64,000 bases of DNA from Bdellovibrionales bacterium (GTDB taxonomy: Bacteria; Bdellovibrionota; Bdellovibrionia; Bdellovibrionales; UBA1609). The stretch covers positions 1,440,001 to 1,504,000 of the forward strand of contig CBDCMT010000001.1 in assembly GCA_965219095.1 (NCBI GenBank). Direction: 5' to 3'. Below the pieces are notes generated by a model. It had not been told where the DNA came from. It did not search any database and saw nothing but the letters and a program-made list of their open reading frames with translations. Position 1 is the first letter of the stretch, and every line of letters starts with the position of its first letter. The translations under genes and the position numbers were made by a program. Below are positions 20,833 through 31,399 of the stretch, piece by piece.

Positions 20833-22659
20833 TTAACTCAGTTTACTCTTCACTGTTTTAACGAAGTCTTTTGTTGTTTCTAATTTAAGAAGCTCATCGA
20901 GTGAAAAATTAATGTCAAAAACATCTTCTATTTCCACTATGATATCAAAATTTACAATAGAGTCAAACTCAAAACATTCTGATAACATCTTATTATCTAT
21001 CTGAAAGTCTCGTCCTGTTTTTTTCTTAAAAATAGAAAGTACTTTGCTTTCAAGTGAAGATGCTTTGGTATCTTTTTTATCTTCTTTCATGAACTCCTCT
21101 TTTATCTTAACTAAATTTACTTTGCCTGATGCAGTTCTTGGAAGACGATCTAATATTCGTATTCTCTTAGGTTGTTGAAAAGAAAATTCTAAGTTATTCA
21201 TCAAGTAGCTTCTAATATCGTTTGCAGTTATTTTTTTATTTTTTGCTTTTACAATTGCAGAAACAATTTTTTCTCCAAATATCAAATCTTTTATGCCAAA
21301 TGTAAAGGCACTTTCTACATCCTTATGTTTTATAAGCAAGTTATCGATATAATGAGGCATGACAACCTGGCCTGCTGTAATAATAATATTTTTTTTTCTT
21401 CCACAATACTGTAGTGTACCTTCCTTTTGTTGTTGAACTAAATCACCTGTTGGAAAATACTTCTTTCCTTTAATATCAATTAATTTTAATTTTTCTCCTA
21501 TGTACTCTTTAATAACAGTTTTTCCTGACACCAAAAGTTCGCCCAACTCTCCTATTTTGACTGGATTGAAGTCCTCATCAACTATTAAATAATGATCAAA
21601 CAGCGGTTTTCCTATAGTATCATATTCATTTTTGATGGCATCTTCAAAGTTAGCAAAAGTTGCTATAGTTCCAATTTCGCTCATGCCATATAAATTATAA
21701 ACAGTTTTTTTTGTCTGAAATTCTATATTTTTCCACACCTCAGGAGGAATATAATCTGCCCCAGTCATAAAAAATTGAAAATGAGGTAGTTTATCAAAAT
21801 CTTTACTTAAAGATTCTCTCTGTTTTAAAAAAATATTAAAGATGGAAGGTATCAGTATAAAACCTGTAACTTTTTTTTTAGCAATGTAATTTAATATGAA
21901 TTCTGGATAAAAAAATTCCTTTCTTGTTTCAAAAGACACAAGTGTTGAAAACGTTTTAAAAGTATAAAGAAATCCAGTAATAATGGAATCTACATGGTTT
22001 AAGGAAAACAAATTAAGCACTCTTTCATCTTCAGAAAAAGGAATGTTTTTTTGCAATAACTCTAATTGTTCCCAAAGATTTTCTCTAGAAACAGGAATGA
22101 TCTTACTTTCTCCTGTAGTGCCTGATGATATTAGCAAGATGGCACGATCTTCTAAATTCAGTTTAGAGTTCTTAAGTTCTGAAAAAAATCTGTGCTTCTT
22201 CTTAAGAGAACATCCAATTCTTTTAAAAAAAAGAGATATTTTATATGATTTTGTATTTAATTTAAGAAATCCCTTTTTAAAGGTTTCTAATACATGTTTA
22301 TTCTTATCTAAGTCTAACTTTGTGTAAAGCGATTTATCTATAAATGCAAATTCAAATGAAAGTTTATCCGTTATCTTTTTAAGAGATTTTAAAGTGGTTT
22401 CAAAAGTCAGGATAAGGGGGACTACGCCTGTGCTAATACAAGCTAAAAGTATAGTATAAGCTTCTGCTCTGTCATCTGTTAAAACCAAGATATAGCTGTC
22501 TGAATCTATGCCTTTTTTAAGAAAGAAATCAATTTTCTCAATGGAAAGACGTAGTAAATCTTTGTAGGTTAAAAATTTGCTGCTTTCGAGAATTGTTTTT
22601 TTAGGCTCTTCGTAAGATCGCTTCTCTATTTCTCTTATAAGATTTAAAAATGGATCCAT
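20833..22659 (-). CDS. Adenylate-forming (AMP-binding) enzyme fused to a C-terminal acyl carrier protein
   Basis: ISSGTTGESK, YGMSE, FPTGD, GRKK, LPRTASGK; ACP motif FDSIVNFDIIVEIEDVFDI. Confidence 0.9.
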   Translation of the reverse strand: MDPFLNLIREIEKRSYEEPKKTILESSKFLTYKDLLRLSIEKIDFFLKKGIDSDSYILVLTDDRAEAYTILLACISTGVVPLILTFETTLKSLKKITDKLSFEFAFIDKSLYTKLDLDKNKHVLETFKKGFLKLNTKSYKISLFFKRIGCSLKKKHRFFSELKNSKLNLEDRAILLISSGTTGESKIIPVSRENLWEQLELLQKNIPFSEDERVLNLFSLNHVDSIITGFLYTFKTFSTLVSFETRKEFFYPEFILNYIAKKKVTGFILIPSIFNIFLKQRESLSKDFDKLPHFQFFMTGADYIPPEVWKNIEFQTKKTVYNLYGMSEIGTIATFANFEDAIKNEYDTIGKPLFDHYLIVDEDFNPVKIGELGELLVSGKTVIKEYIGEKLKLIDIKGKKYFPTGDLVQQQKEGTLQYCGRKKNIIITAGQVVMPHYIDNLLIKHKDVESAFTFGIKDLIFGEKIVSAIVKAKNKKITANDIRSYLMNNLEFSFQQPKRIRILDRLPRTASGKVNLVKIKEEFMKEDKKDTKASSLESKVLSIFKKKTGRDFQIDNKMLSECFEFDSIVNFDIIVEIEDVFDINFSLDELLKLETTKDFVKTVKSKLS

Positions 22660-22963
22660 ATAGATATTATTATCTGCCTAAACAATTTTTTTGTCAATTA
22701 CTTGATGCTCTAAGGCTAGTTCATTAGGAAAGCCTTTCAATAGCAGAAAGAAGAATTTTATAAATATCTGCTTTTCTGTGATTCCATCTCAGCACATATT
22801 CTTTTCCTACACCCTCCTTCTTTTATTTTATGTTGTTGTCTCAGATACAACGATAGCTTAGTGTCTTTAAATCCCAAAAAATGTCTATCAAAAGAAAATA
22901 TGGATGACCAGCCTTTTTGAAAAAAGTTGCTTCTATTGACCTTCTTGTGAAACAAATTTATAA

Positions 22964-23542
22964 TTGAAATTGATGGAGAACGTTTTAAAAAAGAAAAAGG
23001 TGTTTTATAACACTCATAAAACAGAGTTTTTTGAAGATTTTCAGCTTTCTCCAATGAATTCAAAAAATAGTCCTGATGAATTTTTATTTTTAAATGAAGA
23101 TCGTTATATAGAGGTCTTTCCAATAACTTTGGAAAGACCTCTCACAACAAAAAGTGCTTTGTTTATGATTTATAGTATTATAAACTATCAAGAATCAGGT
23201 GAAATGATTTATTACAACATTATAGAAAAAAGAAATTTAGCAGGCTTTATTTATTTTTTTATTAATTTAGATAATATATGGGAGTGTTATTATGCTATTA
23301 AGCCTGAATATGAAGGTTTAGGATGGATGAAAAAAAGCACTTTCTTTTTATTAAAAAAACTTTACATGTCAGGAGTAAAAAAAACAGCTGCCCATGTCAG
23401 GCCTTATAACATTCGAGCAGTAAATAAATTACAAAAAGAAAGGTGGATTTATAGTTGCACTAAAAAAACCTATTCTTTAAAAGAAAAGAAGCTTGCAGAA
23501 TCACATTATTATCTCAAAACCTTAGGTAAGAATTTACTTTAA
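22964..23542 (+). CDS. GNAT N-acetyltransferase (RimJ/RimL-like)
   Basis: ECYYAIKPEYEGLGWM acyl-CoA motif, V.PYNIRA..KLQK. Confidence 0.75.
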   Translation: MKLMENVLKKKKVFYNTHKTEFFEDFQLSPMNSKNSPDEFLFLNEDRYIEVFPITLERPLTTKSALFMIYSIINYQESGEMIYYNIIEKRNLAGFIYFFINLDNIWECYYAIKPEYEGLGWMKKSTFFLLKKLYMSGVKKTAAHVRPYNIRAVNKLQKERWIYSCTKKTYSLKEKKLAESHYYLKTLGKNLL

Positions 23543-23635
23543 ATAAAAGATCCAATCATCTGAAGTTTAAATCTTTCTACTACTAACCAGAGCTTTGACT
23601 TTTATATGCTTTTCAGACACCTCTGTTCTTAAACT

Positions 23636-23897
23636 TTAAGTTGAAGGGAGGGTTTTAGGTTTTAAGATAAGAAATGAGGGTGCCTAAAAGACTGCCAACA
23701 AAATTTTGTGGATTGCGGTGGCAAGAATGCTCAAGATTAAACTCTCTTTTTAACACTCCAATCACTGACCCCACAACAGAACGTTTTTTCAACATCAACT
23801 TGTCAAATAAGGGAATTAATTTATTCTCCGTATTTAATTTGATGTTTGTAATAAGCTTAACTCCTTTCTTTAAAAGAAGTTTAAAAGATCGAATGTT
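23636..23897 (-). pseudogene. IS982-family transposase C-terminal remnant (not in the ORF track)
   Basis: Manual translation: KKGVKLITNIKLNTENKLIPLFDKLMLKKRSVVGSVIGVLKREFNLEHSCHRNPQNF..ISYLKPK*. Confidence 0.75.
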
Positions 23898-24305
23898 TTA
23901 ATACTCATATGTTAAATTTATTAAAGCCAAAAGATAAGAGAGAAATTCTTAAAATTATAAAGAAGTCTAAAAATCCAAGAGCCATATATCGAGCCAATGT
24001 TCTAAACTTAAGGAACAAAAATTTAACTGCCATAGAGACAGCAGATTACTTAGAGATAACTCCTAGAACTGTTTTCAACATCCAAAAAAACTATGAGAAT
24101 TCTGGGCTGAAAAAAGCTCTTGAAGATGATCCTCGTCCTGGAAAACCTCCAAAGTTTGATGATCGCATAAAGTCAAAGATTATAGCTATGGTCTGCTCAG
24201 ATCCTCCGGAGGACTTTGATCGATGGACTTTAGAGCTCATTAAAGAGAGGGCAGAAAAAAACAAGATTGTAGACTCTATTACCTAAATTCGGGGTTAAAA
24301 ATATA

Positions 24306-25824
24306 GCCTCCTCAAAAGAATCTGTGGGTTTCCGGAGGTTCTGGCAGTTTTCCAAGGTTATGATATAAGGCGATTTTTATAGCTTTAGAGGTTCTAAAGC
24401 CGTAAGATTTTCTCATAGTGAGTTTTACTTTGTTGTTTAAACCCTCTACAATCCCTGAGGAGAAGGCTTTTTTAGCCTTGAAGTAATTAAGAATAAGTAG
24501 CTTATGTCTTTGTATGGTTTTTGCTTTTCTTTTCATAGGTTCAATTTTTGAAAGCATGACTCGTCTCGTCCAACTGTCTATAAATTTACCAGCCCAAGTT
24601 GGTGGAACATAGGTCCATAACTGTCGGAAGTCTTCTTTTAAAAAATAACAGCGGATACTTTTTAAATTGTACTGTATTAAATGCCTTAATTTTACTTTTT
24701 CATAAGATTTTAAATTTTCTGCATTTTTTAACAAGGGCCATCTAGCTTTTGTTAAAAGGGGTTCATACCCGTCTTCTTTCATTTTTTTGTGTTCTGAAGC
24801 TCTCACTTCGTCTAAAGCCTTATTGAGTCTTGCTACGATATGAAACCGATCTAATATGTGTAAAGCTCCACTTGCCCTCTCCTTTATGACTTTTAAATAA
24901 GGCTTCCACATATCAGAGCACACAAACCATATCTCTTTTGACTTCTCTCCTAGTAAATCAAAAAACTTGTTGAAACTCTTTTCTGTTCTTTTTTCTCCTA
25001 TCCATAGCAAACGAACACTTTCTTTGCTTATTTCATAGATTAAGGTGAGATACTAATGGTTCTTTTTCCATTGTATCTCGTCGACTCCTATAGCTTGTAT
25101 TCCCTTTAAAACCCTTTGTTTTAAACCATATTCTACGACCCATTCTACCGAAGCATAGACCTGATTCCAACTGACATGAAACTTACAAGAAACCTCTTTC
25201 CAAGACAGGTGACGACACCAGTCTGCTAAATACTTCATGTAAAAGATCGTTAAACTCTTCTTACCATCGGCCCAAGGTAAATACTCAACTTTTACCCCAC
25301 AGCAAGGACAATTAACTCTTCTTACAAAATAAACAAAAAACACCCTGTAACTTAAAATAGGAAGGGATTCAAAGTCCCGTGATGATTTACTGCTGTCATA
25401 CACTGAACAGGGCTTCTTACAAACACTACAAAAAGCTTGGCCATTTTTACGAGCCTTAATAGGAACATTAATTGACTTTCTATCTTTTGAAAAATAAATG
25501 TCTCCGTATACAAAAGACTTCCATCTTAAACAATCATTTAGTATAGTCTTCAAAAGCATCTCTTCCCTCCTTTTTTTTTTTTTGAATAACATTTTAAGGC
25601 ATCTGGGAAGTAGGTGCTTCTTTTTTAAAATTTTAATGTAACACAGCAAATAAAAGCAAATAAAATGAATGTTTTTGAGTTCAATCACCGGAGGTGATAG
25701 AGGCCAGTAAGGCCTCAAAGAACTCAAAAATACAAGATAGAATGTCTTACTCTTGCTTTGATTAATATGAGCCTTTTTGGGGGATTTCTAGCTACTTTTC
25801 ACCCACAGATTCCCGGGAGGAGCC
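24306..25824 (-). mobile_element. ISL3-family element, 1519 bp
   Basis: IR G(G/C)CTCCTC....GAATCTGTGGGT; 8-bp TSD AAAATATA (24298-24305, 25825-25832). Confidence 0.93.
24312..25559 (-). pseudogene. ISL3 transposase with a single in-frame TAG
   Basis: CSVC/CPCC zinc finger, IGVDE, NH*YLT (TAG at 25053-25055, same frame continues), SDMW, DRFH, EGLNNKVK. Confidence 0.9.
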
Positions 25825-25843
25825 AAAATATACACTACAGTTG

Positions 25844-27334
25844 TCATTTTACAAGGTGTTTATCCACGGCTTTGAGTATTTTTTCTTGAGATTTACTCAA
25901 TGTGACTATTTTAGAGAACATATGGCGTTTTTTCTTGTCCTCCATATAAACTTTGTACACACTTCCCAATTCTTTTAGTGCTTCTTCAGGAGATATCTTA
26001 AGATTGTTTAAACTTAACTTTAGAACGGACAGCAAAAGATAGGATAAATAACATATAAAAACATGAGCGATAACTCGGTTATACAACCAATGTCGAATCG
26101 GACGCAGATGAGTGATTCCTTTTAAAGTCTTAAATGCTTTTTCTATAATATCTTTGTCAAAATATAATTTTAACATGTCTCTGTCAGGGATATTTTTTGT
26201 AGAAAATAAACAAAAATAGCCGTCAAATTCTTCTGCCTTTTCTAATTCTTGTTTTCTAATTCTTCCTTGAGACGTCAAGTATTTTTCTAAGCCCGTCTTT
26301 ATAGGCTTTCCTTGAAGAATTTGGTTTTGAGCATGTTCTATCTCATGGTGACGGGATTCTTTTATCTCTACTTTTCTGCGCTCATTGAAACAAATAGCCA
26401 ACTTCCCTTTTATCTTACCTAGCTTATAAGGAAAGCTCTTGATATAAAAAGTGTTTTTACCAAGCCTTGCCATGTTAGAAACATGACTTATAGGTTTTGT
26501 CTTTAGGGCTTTTCTAAGCACTTTTTTTTCTCGATCTTTTAAAGGAAGACCACATAAGCTATTCCACCCCAAGCCTTTTATCCCCTCTATATTCTGTCGA
26601 GATGTTACCCCTCTGTCTGATACAAAAACACCTGAGCGAAGATTATAGCTAGAAAAACTTTTAATAAGAGAAAATAGAGCCTTACTGTCATGTATGTTTC
26701 CATTGAAGGTTTTATGAAAAACGGGGATGCCTTCCTTTTGAGTTCTTGCAAGGCCTATTTGAATAAGAGGCTTTGATTTCCCATCCTTGCTTTTTCCAAG
26801 CTTAGCAAGCTGGCATTTTGTCCCATACAAATAAGTATTGGTCACATCATAAACGATTCCCTTTGTGGACAGATCATATATATTTTTTACGATATTAAAA
26901 ATATCTCTTTGATGTCGCTCTATTCTTTCTTCAGTTAAAGAGTCTAAAGCTGACAATAGACGTTCTTCTGTTAAACCTTCTAAATCCAAAATAGTATTTA
27001 AGTCCGTTCTGGAAAACCAGTCTGGCATATTATTAACACTTTTGTAATTTAAGCAATGTGCATAAACCATGCTTAATATCTCATTTGAATAATTTTCCAA
27101 TATGTCCGGGAGTTTGATTTTTTTTGATATTTTGTCTAGGACGATAAGGGGGCCATGAATTTTAACTTCAGAGATTTGAATGTCCTCTGAGCTTAGTGAA
27201 ATCACTTTTTTACCGCTCACTTCTTTTCCAATATAGCGAATATGCTTTTGCACAACCTTGCCCTTAATTCTTTTACTTTCTACCTCAGCCAGATAAGTTT
27301 TATTGCCTTTTTTTATTTTTCTTATGAAGCTCAT
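25844..27334 (-). CDS. IS1634 DDE transposase, ORF intact
   Basis: YDVTNTY, GKSKDG, GNIHD, DRG, IEKAFKTLK, RPIRHW..RVIAHVFICYLSY; GGAGG SD before ATG 27334. Confidence 0.92.
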   Translation of the reverse strand: MSFIRKIKKGNKTYLAEVESKRIKGKVVQKHIRYIGKEVSGKKVISLSSEDIQISEVKIHGPLIVLDKISKKIKLPDILENYSNEILSMVYAHCLNYKSVNNMPDWFSRTDLNTILDLEGLTEERLLSALDSLTEERIERHQRDIFNIVKNIYDLSTKGIVYDVTNTYLYGTKCQLAKLGKSKDGKSKPLIQIGLARTQKEGIPVFHKTFNGNIHDSKALFSLIKSFSSYNLRSGVFVSDRGVTSRQNIEGIKGLGWNSLCGLPLKDREKKVLRKALKTKPISHVSNMARLGKNTFYIKSFPYKLGKIKGKLAICFNERRKVEIKESRHHEIEHAQNQILQGKPIKTGLEKYLTSQGRIRKQELEKAEEFDGYFCLFSTKNIPDRDMLKLYFDKDIIEKAFKTLKGITHLRPIRHWLYNRVIAHVFICYLSYLLLSVLKLSLNNLKISPEEALKELGSVYKVYMEDKKKRHMFSKIVTLSKSQEKILKAVDKHLVK

Positions 27335-27345
27335 ATCCCCTCCTA

Positions 27346-27366
27346 TAGTGTATAATATATACACTA
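27346..27366. promoter_or_regulatory. Palindrome TAGTGTATA-N3-TATACACTA between a TTGACT -35-like box and the transposase SD
   Basis: Half-site matches the inner part of the element's IR (TATACACTA). Confidence 0.6.
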
Positions 27367-28499
27367 CTACAGATAGTAGTCAATGGCAAACCCCTTTCTT
27401 TTTCAAGAAATCTTGTCTTTTCTCAGAGGCAAAAAGACCGTTTTAAGATGTTTTAAATGTTAGGATGTTTGTAGTGGATATTTTTTGCCCCGAATTTAGG
27501 TCTATTAGCAAAGAAAAAGTTAGGATTATTCTTTTAGAACATGATCTAAAACCTTGGCAACAGAAGAGTTGGTGTGTACCAGAGCTTAATGATGAATTTA
27601 TAGAGAGGATGGAGGATGTTTTGAAAGTGTATGAGAAGCCTCCGATTAAAGGAAAGCCTGTTGTGTGTATTGATGAAAAGCCTCTTCAGTTACTTGATGA
27701 TGTTCGTCCTCCATCGGGTTGTCATCCCTCGGAAGTAAAAAAAGTAGATTATGAGTATAAAAGAGAGGGTACAGCAAATGTTTTCTGTGCTGTGGAGCCT
27801 AAGAGAGGTTTTTATATGAATAAGGTAACAGAGAGAAGGACAGGTCCGGATTTTGCTAAGTTTTTATCTTCTGTTGAGAGACATTATTCTGATTCCAAGA
27901 AGATTGTTCTAGTTATGGATAATTTGAACACTCATAGAAAAAAAAGTCTTACTGATTTTTATGGAAAAGATCGAGGTTTGCATCTATGGTCTCGCTTTGA
28001 GGTTCATTATACTCCGAGTCATGGAAGTTGGTTAAATCAAGCAGAAATTGCAATCAATATGTACTCTCGTCAATGTTTAGGAAAATCAAGAATACCTGAC
28101 ATAGAAACTTTAAGAAAAAGAACCAAGGCTTGGGTGAATATTATGAACAGACGGAAGATTATAATAAAATGGAATTTTTCAAGAAAATCAGCCAGAGAAA
28201 AGTTCCATTATAAAAAATGAGACGAGCCTGTAAGAGCCTGTAAACTAAATTGTATATAAACATTAGAGAATCATATCTTTCCAATGAATTTGATACACTC
28301 TTTACCCATACTTAAAAGTTATAAATTTCTAGAAGTAAAAATCCAAACTTATACATGAAAATGTAGAATTAACTTTTGGAATTGGTATAACTCTAAACAT
28401 TTCACTTTTATTCTTTTTAATATAAAAATAATTTAATAAAATGACCTGGATTAAAGGCTTGAAAATTGTGAAAAAATTTACTGGTCAGAACACTAGTTA

Positions 28500-29960
28500 T
28501 TAAAAGTATAAATAAATGAAGGGAGGACTTGATTCTCGAGAAAAAAGAATAAGGGCTTGGATTATTACAAACAAAATAATGAGCAAAACAGTGTTATTAT
28601 TGTAGACAGGAGCTTTTTGTATGTCATACTTTTTAAGACAAACGAATCCATCATAAATGATAAATCCAAACGCCATGAACAAACAAACTATGAGTTCCCA
28701 GTTATTATAAAATTGAGCGTTTATGGGAAGAAGAAAGGAAGTCAAACTCTGAGAGTTCTCTTTATTAAATGAAGAGAAGAAATAAAAGATAAAGCTTTTT
28801 GTGGTTTCAAAAGAGGGGAAAATTACAAGAATGTTTGTTGTCGTCCAAGTAAAGAAAATAAGTGGAATTTTTATAAAGTCTGAAAGAGGCTTCTTTTTTA
28901 AGGCCTTTCTCTTTCTTTCTATATACAAAGCAAGTGTATAAATAACCCCTTGCAAAAAGCCGTAAATGAGATAGTTCAATTTTACACTATGCCAAGCCCA
29001 AGCTAATAAAAAAGCAATAAAACAAGAAAGTATGAAAGCCCATTTTAATTTTAGCCTTTTTTTAAAAAAAAACATAGACGGTTTAAAGATATAATTCACA
29101 ATCCAATTAAAAAAAGTCACATGCCAATTTCTCCAAAAGTTCAAGTATGTATTAGAGAAGAAAGGTTGCTTAAAATTTTCTTGTAACCTTATGTTAAAAA
29201 GAAGGGCTAAGCCTTGTGCCATATTAGTGTATCCTGCAAAATCAAAGTAAATGCGAAAACTATACAGAACCATTCCTAAAAAAATAACATAAGTCGAATG
29301 GTTCGAATAATCTCCAAAAATAGCTCGAGTAATAATTCCCAGTGGATCTGCAATAATGATTTTTTTCAGGAGCCCTTCAAAAAACAGAATAAAAGCCTCT
29401 TTTGTATTATGTATGTTCTCATTTGAAAATTTAGATTCAATTTGATGAGAGAATGAGCGAAATCTTTCTATTGGACCTATGTAAATTTTTGGAAAAAAAC
29501 TTATGTAAGTATAAAAATCTAAGAAACCACCTTTGCTTTCTTCCTTTACTGCTATATCAAAAAGATACGAAAGACATTGCAGAACATAAAAAGAAACTCC
29601 CACACAAATAAAAATATGAGAAAAAAAATAGCTGATCTCATAATAATAGGGTAGTGATTCAAATATCATTTGTGCTTTGTATTTCAGAAGGTACAAGCCT
29701 GAAAGGTTTGCAATAATAAAGGGTATAAGCATAATCAGCCTTTTTTTAACATCGTCAAGCTTTTCAAGTATTAAAGAAAAAAAATAATTGACAACTATAA
29801 AAATAGCCATAAAAAACCATGCTAGCGGATGAATCAAAAATAAAAAAACAGAAGAGAAGAAAGAAAGAAATATCTTTTTAGTAGCATTTTTTTTTATTTT
29901 TGAAAAGAGGGGAGAGAGGAGAGAAAATAAAACAAATAAAAAAATAATATTCTTATACAT
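28500..29960 (-). CDS. MBOAT O-acyltransferase (AlgI/DltB family) with C-terminal FIYxxF motif
   Basis: GVSFY..LSY..D, FFP...GPI.R, GLLKK..IAD, YFDFAGY, ENF.QP, FWRNWH, AWH catalytic His; ends PPFIYLYF. Confidence 0.93.
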   Translation of the reverse strand: MYKNIIFLFVLFSLLSPLFSKIKKNATKKIFLSFFSSVFLFLIHPLAWFFMAIFIVVNYFFSLILEKLDDVKKRLIMLIPFIIANLSGLYLLKYKAQMIFESLPYYYEISYFFSHIFICVGVSFYVLQCLSYLFDIAVKEESKGGFLDFYTYISFFPKIYIGPIERFRSFSHQIESKFSNENIHNTKEAFILFFEGLLKKIIIADPLGIITRAIFGDYSNHSTYVIFLGMVLYSFRIYFDFAGYTNMAQGLALLFNIRLQENFKQPFFSNTYLNFWRNWHVTFFNWIVNYIFKPSMFFFKKRLKLKWAFILSCFIAFLLAWAWHSVKLNYLIYGFLQGVIYTLALYIERKRKALKKKPLSDFIKIPLIFFTWTTTNILVIFPSFETTKSFIFYFFSSFNKENSQSLTSFLLPINAQFYNNWELIVCLFMAFGFIIYDGFVCLKKYDIQKAPVYNNNTVLLIILFVIIQALILFSRESSPPFIYLYF

Positions 29961-29963
29961 TTT

Positions 29964-30965
29964 TTAATTTTCTTTTAAGAGGCCCATTTCTTCCATTTGT
30001 TTTCTAATATAAAGAGTGTTCTTAGCTGCTCCTTCTCTTCCTAAATGAATAGAATCTACAAACTCTGATCTTTTAAGATCAGCTTTATTTAAAAATTTGA
30101 CGTTTTCCCCTATCTTCCTGTAATAATTAAGATATTCATTATGTGCCTTTTCACTAGTGGGTATGCTTTCGCTTCCAACCCCTTCTAGAAAAAAAAGAGG
30201 AATGTTCATTTTCTCTAATAAGAGAATTGTTTTTTTTACATAATATGCATTCAAAGGCGAAGGGTAGAATTTGTACTTATGAGTTCTCCAATGATAATCA
30301 TTGAATCTCCTAATAATGAAATTCATATGATCTTTTTTATACATCTTTTTGTAAACATATCCTATATCCAAGAAACCTTTTTCTCTATAAAGTCTAATGG
30401 TTATGTCAATTCGTTCTTCCTCCTTATATTTTAAAAAGGCTTTCTGAACTTGTCTTCCATAAAAAAATGGATTTTTAAAGTACAGGGATCCGTATATATA
30501 GTAAAAATAGAATGGGTTTCTCTCTACTTGCCAATCCTTTTTATAAAGATTGATTTTGTATATCTCTAAAATGCTTTTTAAATCCAAAAATTCAGTTCTT
30601 ATATGATGTTTTAGTTTTCCATAATAATTCCAAAGGATCTTGTTGGCTTGTATGAAAACAGCTTTCGGAGCTTTATGATTCTCCAAGAATTTTACTATAA
30701 GAAAATAAAGATCTGGATTCTGAGTTATCGAACTTCCTAAGTTAACAGATCTTGGTATCATTGATGGGATAATAGAGGCCATGATTGAAGAATCCCCTAT
30801 AAAGAGATAATCTATTGAATCATTTTTTGATTTTTCTGCTATATCTCTTGAATATCGAGATAAAATGTAATTCCAATGTAAAGTCCATTCTGGTGATAAA
30901 TTTAAAATTATGCCAGTTGGCAGAATTGATACAAAGCAAAATAAAAAAAGAAAGAATTTTTTTAT
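29964..30965 (-). CDS. Membrane-anchored SGNH-like acyltransferase (DltD/AlgJ-type); apparent ATA start
   Basis: Frame open upstream of the tracked ATG (30782) through LFIGDSS to IKKFFLFLFCFVSIL; SVNLG; FVDSIHL (DxxH); SD GGGGA 7 nt before ATA. Confidence 0.75.
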   Translation of the reverse strand: MKKFFLFLFCFVSILPTGIILNLSPEWTLHWNYILSRYSRDIAEKSKNDSIDYLFIGDSSIMASIIPSMIPRSVNLGSSITQNPDLYFLIVKFLENHKAPKAVFIQANKILWNYYGKLKHHIRTEFLDLKSILEIYKINLYKKDWQVERNPFYFYYIYGSLYFKNPFFYGRQVQKAFLKYKEEERIDITIRLYREKGFLDIGYVYKKMYKKDHMNFIIRRFNDYHWRTHKYKFYPSPLNAYYVKKTILLLEKMNIPLFFLEGVGSESIPTSEKAHNEYLNYYRKIGENVKFLNKADLKRSEFVDSIHLGREGAAKNTLYIRKQMEEMGLLKEN

Positions 30966-31399
30966 AGCTCAATCCCCAATAATTTCATAGAAACAGTATC
31001 CCTATAACTTGTGCTAAATACACATTTATATTATCTATTTAAATAATTAACTAAAAATCATCTTTGCTCTTTTTCAACCTTTGCTTGAATTCATGATTTC
31101 ACCTGCTGTACAATAATTAGATCTTGATCTGACAAGCTACCTTCCCTTAAAGTTTATAAAATTGTATGTTAGCTTACATGTTCTTTTTACCTTACATAAG
31201 GTAGAAAAGCAAGATGAACGGTTTTTTCATCTTGAAACCAAGCCAAATAAGGGCACACATACCCTAAAACAAAAAACACTGCTCAATGAAACCTCTAAAT
31301 GAACTTTAAGTTAAGATAAGTTAAGACACGATTCTCTTTTCTTTTTCTACCTTCTCAAAAGAATCTATGGATGAAAAATAGTTAGAAATCCTTCACAAG

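Larger units (their letters stand above)
24282..27500 (-). mobile_element. IS1634-family element, with one IR interrupted by ISL3
   Basis: IR CCTAAATTCGGGG..AAAAATAT.CACTACA; duplicated flank TCTATTA (24275-24281, 27501-27507). Confidence 0.92.
23899..28495 (+). mobile_element. IS630-family element interrupted by IS1634 (left end uncertain)
   Basis: Joining 23909-24281 to 27508-28220 gives one in-frame 361-aa transposase (HTH, RWTL, CIDEK, DYEYKREG, MDNLNTH, HGSWLNQAE); right end GGTCAGAACAC|TA. Confidence 0.9.

Noticed and set aside
25053..25055. Amber recoding (alternative code or pyrrolysine) in the ISL3 transposase
   Set aside because: Single AAG>TAG-type change in an IS; TAG terminates core genes such as gyrA and mnmG normally
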